Shown here in pieces: positions 19,084-28,093 of a DNA stretch of 64,000 bases (position 1 is its first letter; each line of letters opens with the position of its first letter). The position numbers and the translations under genes were made by a program. The stretch comes from Candidatus Nomurabacteria bacterium (GTDB taxonomy: Bacteria; Patescibacteriota; Minisyncoccia; Phycocordibacterales; UBA9973), in contig JAIOPO010000005.1 of NCBI GenBank assembly GCA_021413905.1, positions 81,271-145,270 of the forward strand. The letters run 5' to 3'. The notes beneath the pieces were generated by a model. That model saw only the letters and a program-made list of their open reading frames with translations. It had not been told where the DNA came from and did not search any database.

Positions 19084-19698
19084 TTATTCAACTAATTTCA
19101 AAGCTTTGATAATATCTTTATGGACATCTTCGACTGACTGTTCGCCATTTATTGAAAAAATTTCATAATTATTTTTATTTTTAAAATAATTCATTGAAGG
19201 CACCACATTGTTCACATATTCATCAAATCTTTTTTCCAAACCTTCTTTTGTATCATCATTCCTGCCACGCAACAAATTTCTTTTCATGGCTTCTTCACGT
19301 CCTACTTCAATATAAATAATTTTTATTTTATCTCTTTTAAAAAACTGCATAGTTGATTCAAAATTTTCAGACTGATCAAGAGTACGAGGATAGCCGTCAG
19401 CAATAAGATGTTTAGTATCGTCTAAATTAGAAATCAACATACTGTTGAAAATAGTATTTGTTAAAAAGTTAGGTTGAAGTTCACCACGAGACAAAGAATC
19501 TTTTATAAGATTTCCAACATAAGTTTCTGATGATATTAATTTCCTGTATTCATTACCCGGATAAACATAGACTACTTCTTTAGTATCTTTTGCTTTTAAT
19601 ACATCCATCAGAAGATTTATTTGAGTTCCCTTTCCGGAACCTACGATACCAAAAAATACGAAAGTTTCACTTTGCATAATAATTACAGAATACACCAA
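19084..19698 (-). CDS. adk: Adenylate kinase (short form).
   Basis: P-loop GIVGSGKGTQ and DGYPRT motif. Confidence 0.8.
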   Translation of the reverse strand: MVYSVIIMQSETFVFFGIVGSGKGTQINLLMDVLKAKDTKEVVYVYPGNEYRKLISSETYVGNLIKDSLSRGELQPNFLTNTIFNSMLISNLDDTKHLIADGYPRTLDQSENFESTMQFFKRDKIKIIYIEVGREEAMKRNLLRGRNDDTKEGLEKRFDEYVNNVVPSMNYFKNKNNYEIFSINGEQSVEDVHKDIIKALKLVE

Positions 19699-19703
19699 AA
19701 AGC

Positions 19704-20315
19704 TTGAATAATCAAGGTTTTTGTAATAGAATGAATCTTATAATGAAAAAACAAATTATTACTCTAGCTGGAGCTCCTGGTAGTGGAAAATCAAGTACAG
19801 CAGATAAATTGGCAAAAGAATTAAATTATCAACGTTTTTCTTCTGGTGATTTTATGAGAAAAATTGCTCTTGATATGAGTATATCGTTAAATGAATTATC
19901 TACTTTGGCCGAAACAGACACGAGTATAGATGAAAAAATAGACGCTGAAGTCCAAAAAGCAAGGGAGATGAATAATGCTGTTATTGACTCACGACTAGCA
20001 TATCATTGGATACCTGAATCATTCAAGGTATACCTTTCTTTACCTGCAAATATAGCCAAAGAAAGAATTTTAAGTAATTTGAAAACAAATAAATTACGAC
20101 AAGAAAGCGAAGGTATTTCAAATGTAGAAGAAATATATAAAAAAATAACTCACAGAATGGAAAGCGAGAAAAAAAGATACAAAGAATTATATAACATAGA
20201 TCATACAGACAAAAATAACTTTGATTTGGTTATAGATACAAATGAAAACAACCTAAATAAAGTCGTTGAAACAATACTAAAAGAATATGAAAATTGGCAA
20301 AACAAAAAAGACTAG
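19704..20315 (+). CDS. cmk: Cytidylate (CMP) kinase, short archaeal-like type.
   Basis: P-loop ITLAGAPGSGKSS. The real start is probably an internal Met (MNLIMKKQ...). On the opposite strand to its neighbours. Confidence 0.65.
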   Translation: MNNQGFCNRMNLIMKKQIITLAGAPGSGKSSTADKLAKELNYQRFSSGDFMRKIALDMSISLNELSTLAETDTSIDEKIDAEVQKAREMNNAVIDSRLAYHWIPESFKVYLSLPANIAKERILSNLKTNKLRQESEGISNVEEIYKKITHRMESEKKRYKELYNIDHTDKNNFDLVIDTNENNLNKVVETILKEYENWQNKKD

Positions 20316-20338
20316 CGAGGCTAGTCTTTTTTTTAATA
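20308..20338. terminator. Bidirectional intrinsic terminator (agactagc-gag-gctagtct with flanking A/T runs) between cmk and secY.
   Basis: 8-bp stem and T8 run, read directly from the sequence. Confidence 0.75.
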
Positions 20339-21604
20339 TTCTCTCATTGAGATTTGAGCATCTACTTTTTTGATTAAATCAAGCACTACCGAAACTACGA
20401 TAAGGAGAGCTGTACCACCGAGAGCTATAGCTGTGATACCTGTAGCAGCACGCATAATCAAAGGAAGGACAGCAATAATACCCAAAAATGTAGCACCCAT
20501 CATTGTAATACGATTTAATACTTTTGAAATATAAGCTGATGTTGAAGCTCCTGGACGAATGCCTGGAATAAATGCTCCATTTTTTTGAAGATTTGTAGAC
20601 AAAGCATCTGGATCAAAAGTAACAGCAGTATAAAAATATGTAAATAGAAAAACTAAAATAAAATACATAACAGAATATAACCAAGTTGTTTGTGAGAATG
20701 AAAGCAATGCATGAGATATTTTTCCAACTATTGCATTACTAGATGTTGAAAGAAAAGTTCCAATCATTTGAGGAAAAAGCAATATAGACAAAGCAAAAAT
20801 TATCGGTATCACACCAGCTTGATTCACTCGAAGTGGCAAATATGTAGAACCTCCACCATAAACTTTTGAGCCACGAATTTGTTTTGCATAAGTAACAGGG
20901 ATTGGTCTTTCAGCTTCAGTCACAATCACCACTCCAGCGATAACAGCAATACCTAAAACTACAAACAAAATATACAATGGTATTTGCGATACATCAAAAG
21001 TAAAAAGCATTTGACTAACATGTGTCGGAATAGCAGATACGATACCAGCAAAAATAATCAAGGAAACACCATTACCTATACCGAATTCAGAAACTAATTC
21101 ACCAATCCACATCAACAAGATAGAACCAGCAATAACAACGATGATATTTGTTATACGAGAAAACATATTCAAATCTCCTAAAATATGCTGATTTTGTAGT
21201 ATAGCCAAAAGACTAAAACCTTGAATGGCAGCCAAAGGTATAGTGATCATTCTTGAATATTGAGTAAATTTCTTTCTGCCTATTTCCCCTTCTTCATGGT
21301 AAAGCTTTTTCAAAGCAGGAATCATGATAGTCAAAAGTTGCATTATGATAGAAGAAGTAATGTATGGTCCAACTCCAAGCATAATAATAGACAAATTTGA
21401 AAGTCCACCTCCAGAAAAAATATTCAAAACACCGAAAAATTGATTGTTATTCAAGAATTGATTTAATGCTACTGTGTCAATACCCGGTATTGGAATAGCA
21501 GCGAGTAATCTAAAAACAATCAAGATGAAAAATACGAACAAGATCTTTTTTCGCAAAACAGCGTCTGTCCATATTAATTTCATTTTATTCCAAAAATTTT
21601 GCAT
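20333..21604 (-). CDS. secY: Preprotein translocase subunit SecY.
   Basis: 10-TM SecY sequence located after rplO. Confidence 0.95.
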   Translation of the reverse strand: MQNFWNKMKLIWTDAVLRKKILFVFFILIVFRLLAAIPIPGIDTVALNQFLNNNQFFGVLNIFSGGGLSNLSIIMLGVGPYITSSIIMQLLTIMIPALKKLYHEEGEIGRKKFTQYSRMITIPLAAIQGFSLLAILQNQHILGDLNMFSRITNIIVVIAGSILLMWIGELVSEFGIGNGVSLIIFAGIVSAIPTHVSQMLFTFDVSQIPLYILFVVLGIAVIAGVVIVTEAERPIPVTYAKQIRGSKVYGGGSTYLPLRVNQAGVIPIIFALSILLFPQMIGTFLSTSSNAIVGKISHALLSFSQTTWLYSVMYFILVFLFTYFYTAVTFDPDALSTNLQKNGAFIPGIRPGASTSAYISKVLNRITMMGATFLGIIAVLPLIMRAATGITAIALGGTALLIVVSVVLDLIKKVDAQISMREY

Positions 21605-21605
21605 A

Positions 21606-21923
21606 CTATCTTATTTTTATTTTTCCTCCTTTCAACTTCATGTCTTTACGAATTTGAGAGAATTTTGTTCCAACACCTTTTTTAAAAGAATCACCAGCTT
21701 TTTCTTTATCAATAGTGATTGTTTTACGGAAAGATTTAAATCTATAACCACGATTTTTTGGCAACTTCTTGATAATATCACGAAGTTCCGGGCGACGCTT
21801 GTTACCAGCACGAGCTGTTTGACCCTTACCTCCACGACCGGAAGTTTTCGCGTGTTTACCACCGCGTCCTACGATGCGGTCTTTTTTATTTTTATGTAAT
21901 CTTTTTAAATTATTTATTTGCAT
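21606..21923 (-). CDS. rplO: 50S ribosomal protein L15 (short).
   Basis: Gly/Arg/Lys-rich L15 N-region (GRGGKHAKTSGRGGKGQTARAG). It directly follows rpsE with no L30 gene in between. Confidence 0.8.
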   Translation of the reverse strand: MQINNLKRLHKNKKDRIVGRGGKHAKTSGRGGKGQTARAGNKRRPELRDIIKKLPKNRGYRFKSFRKTITIDKEKAGDSFKKGVGTKFSQIRKDMKLKGGKIKIR

Positions 21924-21929
21924 AAAATT

Positions 21930-22526
21930 TTATGAATTAACTTTTTCTTGTTCTTTTCCAGCAATGACTACAGTTTCGGGTACAGCCTTTGTGTATTTTT
22001 TAGAAATAGATGACAATGCTTCCATCACAGCTTTTGCATTGTTTAATTTATTTTTACTACCTGACAATATCTTTCCTGTAACGTCTTTGATACCTGCTAA
22101 TTTTACAATGTCATGAATAACAGAACCGACAACCAATCCGCGTCCTTTATTTGGCATAAGTTTCACAGATGAACTGGAGAACTTTGCGGAAACTTCATGA
22201 GGTAAAGACATTGTTTTTGTCAAAGAAACTTTAACCATATTTTTCTTTGCATTTCTCAAAGCTTTGTTTATAGCCAAAGAAGTATCACCTGCTTTACCGA
22301 GACCAAGACCGATAGCTCCTTTTTTATCTCCCGCAATCAATGCGACAGAGAAAGAGAATCTGCGTCCTCCTGCAACAACACGAGTAACACGACGAATATC
22401 CAAAATCTTTTGATCAAATTCCGGCTTTGGTCTTTCAAAAGAAGAAGAACGACGTTCTGGTCTGCCTCCTCTTGCTCCTGCTCTAGGATTTGAATTTGTA
22501 TTATTTTGTGTTTTATCTTTATCCAT
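21930..22526 (-). CDS. rpsE: 30S ribosomal protein S5 with an N-terminal basic extension.
   Basis: S5 dsRBD and C-terminal domain sequence. Confidence 0.9.
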   Translation of the reverse strand: MDKDKTQNNTNSNPRAGARGGRPERRSSSFERPKPEFDQKILDIRRVTRVVAGGRRFSFSVALIAGDKKGAIGLGLGKAGDTSLAINKALRNAKKNMVKVSLTKTMSLPHEVSAKFSSSSVKLMPNKGRGLVVGSVIHDIVKLAGIKDVTGKILSGSKNKLNNAKAVMEALSSISKKYTKAVPETVVIAGKEQEKVNS

Positions 22527-22535
22527 ATATTTTAA

Positions 22536-22877
22536 TTAAAATTTCAAACCGGAAGCTCTTGCTTCATCAGCTACTAATTTAATACGGCCTGTATATTTGA
22601 AACCATTTCTATCAAAAACAACTGTATCCATTTTTTTAGAAATAGCCAATTCTGCAATCATCTTACCTACTTGTTTTGCTCTTTCTGATTTTGTACCTTT
22701 TGTAATTTTAACATCATTTGCTTGCATCAAAGTCTTGCCGACAGTATCATCGATAATTTGAGCATAGATAAATTTATTTGATCTAAAAACAGAAAGACGT
22801 GGGCGCTCTGTAGTACCTGAAATCTTTGATCTGATTTTTGCTTTTAATCTTGTTCTTTTTTCGTCTTTTTTAATCAT
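22536..22877 (-). CDS. rplR: 50S ribosomal protein L18.
   Basis: L18 sequence; position in the spc cluster. Confidence 0.9.
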   Translation of the reverse strand: MIKKDEKRTRLKAKIRSKISGTTERPRLSVFRSNKFIYAQIIDDTVGKTLMQANDVKITKGTKSERAKQVGKMIAELAISKKMDTVVFDRNGFKYTGRIKLVADEARASGLKF

Positions 22878-22895
22878 AAATTTATTTTAATTAAA

Positions 22896-23429
22896 CTATG
22901 CTGTTTTCTTACCTTGTTTTCTTCTGATAACTTCACCTTCATAACGCATACCTTTACCTTTATATGGTTCCGGTTTCTTTAATGCGCGAACACTTGCTGT
23001 AAATGAACCTACCAATTCTTTATCAATACCTGTGACTGTGATATTGTTTTTTTCAGCTGTTGCAGTAAGCCCTTCAGGAATTGCGACAATAACAGAATGA
23101 GAAAAACCAAGAGCTAAATGTAATTCTTTTCCTTTAACTTCTGATTTAAAACCAACTCCTTCTAAAATCAATTTCTTTACATATGGTGTTTGAACTCCAG
23201 CAATCATATTTTTTATATGTGAAGCATAAGTTCCCCATAGAGATTTTGAAAATTTGTCATTTCTTTTTATATTTAAAGTAATGATCTTATCAGCTATAGT
23301 GATAGTGATATCATCACGGAAAGTTTTTGTTAAAGTTCCTTTTGGACCTTTAACTGTCAAAATAGCATCATTCTTTATGACTTCTACTCCTGTCGGTATT
23401 ATTATTTCTTGTTTTCCTATTCTTGACAT
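22896..23429 (-). CDS. rplF: 50S ribosomal protein L6.
   Basis: L6 two-domain sequence; position in the cluster. Confidence 0.9.
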   Translation of the reverse strand: MSRIGKQEIIIPTGVEVIKNDAILTVKGPKGTLTKTFRDDITITIADKIITLNIKRNDKFSKSLWGTYASHIKNMIAGVQTPYVKKLILEGVGFKSEVKGKELHLALGFSHSVIVAIPEGLTATAEKNNITVTGIDKELVGSFTASVRALKKPEPYKGKGMRYEGEVIRRKQGKKTA

Positions 23430-23441
23430 ATATTTATTTGA

Positions 23442-23828
23442 CTACCAAATTTTAAATAAAGCTTCACCACCGACTTGTTCTTTGCGAGCTTGTTTACCGG
23501 ACATAATTCCTTTTGGTGTTGATAATACCAACAAACCTGAACCGTTGCGAACTGTGTGTATATCTTTCATTCCAAAATAAACTCTTTTTGATTGTTTTGA
23601 TACTCTTTCGACATCTGCTATTTTTGGTTTTTTGTCTACGTAAACCAAAGATACTTCCAATACAGGATGACCTTTTTTAGTCTTTTTTGAAAAATCTGAA
23701 ATATATCCTTCTTTCTTTAAACATTCAGCAATAGCATTTTTCATTTTTGAATACGGAAAAGAAGCTGTCTCATGTCCTGCAAGACTTGCATTCTTCATCA
23801 TTATTAACATGTTTGAAATTATATCCAT
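23442..23828 (-). CDS. rpsH: 30S ribosomal protein S8.
   Basis: S8 sequence; position in the cluster. Confidence 0.9.
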   Translation of the reverse strand: MDIISNMLIMMKNASLAGHETASFPYSKMKNAIAECLKKEGYISDFSKKTKKGHPVLEVSLVYVDKKPKIADVERVSKQSKRVYFGMKDIHTVRNGSGLLVLSTPKGIMSGKQARKEQVGGEALFKIW

Positions 23829-23842
23829 ATTTTTTTATTTAT

Positions 23843-24028
23843 TTACCAACTTGATTTTCTAATACCCGGAAGCATACCTTCGTTTGCCAATTCTCTGAAA
23901 CAAATACGACAAAGACCGAAATCTCTCATAAAGCCGTTACCGCGGCCACAACGAAAACATCGATTTTTTTGTCGACTTGAAAATTTTGGTGTCTTTTTTG
24001 ATCTTGCTACTACTGATGTTTTTGCCAT
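23843..24028 (-). CDS. rpsZ: 30S ribosomal protein S14, zinc-binding type Z.
   Basis: 61 aa with CxxC...CxxC (CFRCGRGNGF...CRICFREL). Confidence 0.9.
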   Translation of the reverse strand: MAKTSVVARSKKTPKFSSRQKNRCFRCGRGNGFMRDFGLCRICFRELANEGMLPGIRKSSW

Positions 24029-24152
24029 ATAAATTTAATTGGGAGTGCTCTGTTAATATCACATTTCTTTTCTTATTTCTTCAAAAATACATATGTATCC
24101 TGAAAAGATAAGGAGAAAAACGGATTAATCAAAACCATATTCCCTTACTCCC

Positions 24153-24183
24153 TATACTAGCAGATTGCCCTAAAATAGTCAAA
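24153..24183 (-). promoter_or_regulatory. Sigma70-like promoter with extended -10 (minus strand: TTGACT-N17-TGC-TAGTAT), upstream of rpsZ; family P2.
   Basis: Conserved block aatctgcTAGTATAG shared with copies at 28475 and 32806. Confidence 0.55.
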
Positions 24184-24206
24184 TAAAAAATCTCCATGTA
24201 AGTTTC

Positions 24207-24788
24207 CTAAACATGACGATTTAAAAATTCATTTCTCATACCTGCAAATGCAACCGCAGCAGAAAAAATCTGACAAATAGCTATAAAAGGTGACCCTGTT
24301 TCAATCATCAAATAAGTTACTAATAAATGAGTAAATAAGTAACTAATCCAACCAATAATATTAACGGTCTTTTTATTAAGAGCCAAAAAAATAGTTCCGA
24401 CAAGTCCACCTAAGACAGAAAAAAATTGAATTAAAACTAAATTCTCATTTATTGCTTGAATTAAAAAGAAAATACAAACAACTGTAGTAATAGTAAAAAT
24501 AACAATTTTAAAAATAAGATTCCATTTTTTTAAAACTTTATTTAAATTATGTTTTTTTACAGAACTTGAAACTAAATATCCGTAAATCATAATAAAAATT
24601 AAAGCTACATCATATACCACCATAATCCATAGATTACCCCTATCTTCTAACACCATTTGAAGATAAAAATATATCGTAATTGTTATGGTTCCTAAAATTC
24701 CAAGACTCCAACCAATCGTCTTCTTTTTAAAAACAAAATATTTGTTCAATAAAAGAAGCAATGCGGAAATAATTTGCAATGCTAGCAT
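24207..24788 (-). CDS. Polytopic membrane protein (about 6 TM) inserted between rplE and rpsZ.
   Basis: 193 aa, strongly hydrophobic; no ribosomal function expected at this position. Confidence 0.55.
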   Translation of the reverse strand: MLALQIISALLLLLNKYFVFKKKTIGWSLGILGTITITIYFYLQMVLEDRGNLWIMVVYDVALIFIMIYGYLVSSSVKKHNLNKVLKKWNLIFKIVIFTITTVVCIFFLIQAINENLVLIQFFSVLGGLVGTIFLALNKKTVNIIGWISYLFTHLLVTYLMIETGSPFIAICQIFSAAVAFAGMRNEFLNRHV

Positions 24789-24809
24789 TCTTTCAACTTT
24801 TTAATTTTA

Positions 24810-24900
24810 CCTACTCTTTAGTTTTTCGGCGAACACTAGTCGGGTTTCAATGAACCTTATCTGTGTATATGATAGCATATTGTTAATAAAAAGTCAAATA
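24810..24900 (-). repeat. Copy A of a ~90-bp repeated promoter-plus-leader element (family P1: TTGACT-N17-TGC-TATCAT on the minus strand, -35/-10 at 24869-24897).
   Basis: About 93% identical to 33183-33270. Both lie immediately upstream of a minus-strand gene start. Confidence 0.6.
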
Positions 24901-24944
24901 CAGCATAAAATCCCCTTTCGGGGATTTTATGGTAGAGTCAATTT

Positions 24945-25511
24945 TTATTTTTTCTTTTTAACTTCTTCTTTCTTGAAAGGAATTCCTAAAATTTCAAAAA
25001 ATGCAGTGCCTTCAGCTTTTGTTTTTGCAGTAGATACAAAAGTGATAGCCATACCGAAAACATCTTTAATATCTTCATCTGCTGTTTCCGGGAAAATAGT
25101 ATGTTCTTTGATACCCATTGAAAGATTACCGATATTGTCTACTCCACTGCGATTAATACCACGAAAGTCTTTTGTACGAGGAAGAGCGACGTTGATCAAT
25201 TTTTCAATAAAAGCAAACATTCTTTTTCCACGTAGAGTAACCACAACACCGACAGGGTCTCCTTGACGGATTTTAAAAGAAGCAATGGATTGCTTTGCTC
25301 CTTTTTTAGTTGGCTTTTGTCCAGTGATTTTCGCAAGACGATCAGCAATAGCGTCATTTTTATTTTTATCTTTTTTGACTGCAGTACCTGTGCCTACATT
25401 CAAAACAATCTTTTTTAATTTTGGTGCAGCCATTACATTCTTGTAACCAAAATTAGCTTTCATTAATTCAAAAGCTTTTTCTTCTTTTTCTTTTACAGTT
25501 AAATGTTTCAT
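24945..25511 (-). CDS. rplE: 50S ribosomal protein L5.
   Basis: L5 sequence. Confidence 0.9.
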   Translation of the reverse strand: MKHLTVKEKEEKAFELMKANFGYKNVMAAPKLKKIVLNVGTGTAVKKDKNKNDAIADRLAKITGQKPTKKGAKQSIASFKIRQGDPVGVVVTLRGKRMFAFIEKLINVALPRTKDFRGINRSGVDNIGNLSMGIKEHTIFPETADEDIKDVFGMAITFVSTAKTKAEGTAFFEILGIPFKKEEVKKKK

Positions 25512-25520
25512 ATATTTAAA

Positions 25521-25826
25521 TTAAATTTCTTGATTACTTTTTCTCGCGATACGGACCATTTTACCGCCAACTTCTTTTTTACCAATTCTTGAAGCCTTGC
25601 CTGTTTTTGGATCTGCAATCATAACATTTGAAGCATGTATAGGCATAGGAATATCTAGCATTTGACCTTTCTCACCAGACTTTCTAGGACGTTGATGTTT
25701 CTTCATCATATTCAAACCTTCAACAACCACTCTGTTTTTAGTTACCAAAACACGAGTAATTTTACCTTTTTTACCTTTGTCTTTTCCTGTTACCACTATT
25801 ACATTGTCTCCTTTTTTTAATTTCAT
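25521..25826 (-). CDS. rplX: 50S ribosomal protein L24.
   Basis: KOW-domain L24 sequence. Confidence 0.9.
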   Translation of the reverse strand: MKLKKGDNVIVVTGKDKGKKGKITRVLVTKNRVVVEGLNMMKKHQRPRKSGEKGQMLDIPMPIHASNVMIADPKTGKASRIGKKEVGGKMVRIARKSNQEI

Positions 25827-25840
25827 ATATTTTAAATTAA

Positions 25841-26212
25841 TTAAATTACTTCCGGTGCTAAAGAGATTATCTTTTGGAAACCTTTTTCAGCTAATTCTCT
25901 TGGCATTGGTCCGAATACACGTCCTGCTTTCGGATCTTTTTTTCCTTTTTCTAAAATAACAACAGCGTTATCATCAAAACGAATATATGAACCGTCCTTT
26001 CTGCGGTAAGCACTACGTGTGCGGACAACAACAGCTTGGTGGACATCTTTCTTTTTTATCGCTTTTCTTGGTGAAGCAACTTTTACAGAAATCATAACAA
26101 GCTCTCCGATAGATGCATATCTTTTGTGAGCACTACCTAAAACCTTGAACACTTTTCCTATTGTTCCTCCTCCATTATCTGTTATTTTTACCAATGTTTC
26201 TGTTTGTATCAT
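25841..26212 (-). CDS. rplN: 50S ribosomal protein L14.
   Basis: L14 sequence. Confidence 0.9.
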   Translation of the reverse strand: MIQTETLVKITDNGGGTIGKVFKVLGSAHKRYASIGELVMISVKVASPRKAIKKKDVHQAVVVRTRSAYRRKDGSYIRFDDNAVVILEKGKKDPKAGRVFGPMPRELAEKGFQKIISLAPEVI

Positions 26213-26218
26213 AAAATT

Positions 26219-26482
26219 TTATTTAACAACTTTAAATTTCTTATCTTTTGAAATAGGTCTTGTTTGTACTATTTCAACAGTATCCCCTACTTTATATTTA
26301 TTATTTTCATCATGTGCTTTAAATTTCTTATTCACTTGATAAAATTTTCCATATTTTGGGTGCTTAATAAGACGCGCAACTGAAACAACAACAGTCTTGT
26401 CCATCTTGTCTGACACGACCACTCCTTTTAGAGCGCCTTTCAGATTTTCTGTATTCTCTTGTATGTTGTCTTTGTTTTTCAT
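26219..26482 (-). CDS. rpsQ: 30S ribosomal protein S17.
   Basis: S17 OB-fold sequence ([14 protein letters not shown]). Confidence 0.9.
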   Translation of the reverse strand: MKNKDNIQENTENLKGALKGVVVSDKMDKTVVVSVARLIKHPKYGKFYQVNKKFKAHDENNKYKVGDTVEIVQTRPISKDKKFKVVK

Positions 26483-26504
26483 AAATATATATTATTTGTT
26501 AAAA

Positions 26505-26933
26505 TTATTTCTTGTGAACTCTCGCTACGATTCTTGTCTTTAATGGAAGTTTTGTTCCGGCTTTTCTGAGGGCTTCGCGAGCAATAGCTTCATCTACTCC
26601 ATCAACTTCAAAAATTATGCGTCCAGGGAAAACTTCGAAACAATAACCTTGTGGATCTCCTTTTCCCTTACCCATGCCCACTTCTGCTGCTTTAGCTGTA
26701 TATGGTCTGTCTGGAAAAATTCTTATCCAGTATTTTCCGGCCTTTGTTAAAGCGCGAGACATAGCCTTACGAGCAGATTCAATTTGATTTGATTTAACAC
26801 GAGCTTGGCTTTCTGATTTCAAAGCGAAAGAACCGAAAGCTATTTTTGTGCCACGTGTATCGGCTGTCATAGCCTTTGGGTTCATACGCATTGTATGCCA
26901 CTTTCTAAATTTTACTTTTTTAGGTACCAACAT
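26505..26933 (-). CDS. rplP: 50S ribosomal protein L16.
   Basis: L16 sequence. Only 22 bp separate it from rpsQ, so there is no rpmC gene here. Confidence 0.9.
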   Translation of the reverse strand: MLVPKKVKFRKWHTMRMNPKAMTADTRGTKIAFGSFALKSESQARVKSNQIESARKAMSRALTKAGKYWIRIFPDRPYTAKAAEVGMGKGKGDPQGYCFEVFPGRIIFEVDGVDEAIAREALRKAGTKLPLKTRIVARVHKK

Positions 26934-26938
26934 ATAAT

Positions 26939-27619
26939 TTATTTATTTTCTTCTGTTTTCTTTTTTTCAGAAAAAATCTTACCACGATAAATCCAAACCT
27001 TTATGCCGACATCTCCATAAGGTAAGTGTGCTTTTTCTCTCTTGAAATCAATATCCGCGCGGAAAGTCTGAAGAGGGATACTACCTTTCTTAAGCTCTTC
27101 CGTACGAGCAATTTCAGCACCGCCCAATCTTCCTGAAAGCACAACTCTCGCTCCTTCTACTCCGCGAGCAGTCATAACTTTTTCAATAACTTGTTTGATA
27201 ACACGTCTGTATGGCATTCTCTTTTCCAATCCTTCAGCAATCATATAAGCTACAATAGCTGCATCAGCTTCTGGATTTGGAACTTCAATAATCTCCAACT
27301 TGAAATCTTCTGACTTAGGCAAATTTAATTTTGCCATTTTTTTCAAAATTTCTTCTTTTAATTTTGTAGCGCCTTCACCATTTCTGCCGATAATAAGACC
27401 TGGACGTGAAGTACGAATCATAAAACGTGTAGTTTTTTGACTTCTTTCTATTTCAATAGTTGAAATATACATACCACGCAATTTCTTTTCCAAATATTCA
27501 CGAATGAGCACATCACCCTTTAGATAATCACAGTATTTTTTAGGATCAGCAAACCAACGAGATTTCCAATCTCTTAATATTACCAATCTATGCGCATATG
27601 GGTGAACTATTTTTGACAT
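26939..27619 (-). CDS. rpsC: 30S ribosomal protein S3.
   Basis: S3 KH and C-terminal domain sequence. Confidence 0.9.
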   Translation of the reverse strand: MSKIVHPYAHRLVILRDWKSRWFADPKKYCDYLKGDVLIREYLEKKLRGMYISTIEIERSQKTTRFMIRTSRPGLIIGRNGEGATKLKEEILKKMAKLNLPKSEDFKLEIIEVPNPEADAAIVAYMIAEGLEKRMPYRRVIKQVIEKVMTARGVEGARVVLSGRLGGAEIARTEELKKGSIPLQTFRADIDFKREKAHLPYGDVGIKVWIYRGKIFSEKKKTEENK

Positions 27620-27623
27620 AAAA

Positions 27624-28070
27624 TTATTTTGTTACTTTTTCTTTTTTAGCTTTTACTGTTTTGACCTTTGCTATTGTTTTCTTTTCTGTTTTTTCAGACT
27701 TAACTGATTTTTCAACTTTTGTATTTTTTGTATTTTTTTCTTTTGATACTTTTTCAGCCAAAACCAAAGTAATGTGACTTGTTCTCTTGTTTATTTTGTG
27801 ACCTGTACCCATGGCTGCAGGCATCATTCTTTTCATGACTATACCCTTGTCTACCATTATTTCTTTAACAAAAAGATTTTCTTTTTCTGCGCCGATTTGT
27901 TTGGCATTTGCCACAGCTGAAAGTAAAAGTTTTTTTACAGGATCACTCGCGCGTTTTGCCAAAAAGTCTAATTGGACTAAAGCCTCAGAAACATTTTTGC
28001 CACGAATAAGACTCGCAACGAGGCGAACTTTTCTAGGTGATTGTCTGTAATTTTTTAAAAAGGCTTTCAT
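27624..28070 (-). CDS. rplV: 50S ribosomal protein L22 with a Lys-rich C-terminal extension.
   Basis: L22 sequence plus a KEKNTKNTKVEKSVKSEK... tail. Confidence 0.9.
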   Translation of the reverse strand: MKAFLKNYRQSPRKVRLVASLIRGKNVSEALVQLDFLAKRASDPVKKLLLSAVANAKQIGAEKENLFVKEIMVDKGIVMKRMMPAAMGTGHKINKRTSHITLVLAEKVSKEKNTKNTKVEKSVKSEKTEKKTIAKVKTVKAKKEKVTK

Positions 28071-28093
28071 GTTTTTTAATTAATTTATTTAAA

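Noticed and set aside
24810-24900. The 90-bp repeat pair (24810-24900 / 33183-33270) as a miniature transposable element (MITE).
   Set aside because: No terminal inverted repeats or target-site duplications. Both copies sit at a fixed distance upstream of start codons and contain a near-consensus -35/-10 with extended -10, so a duplicated promoter-leader is the simpler reading.
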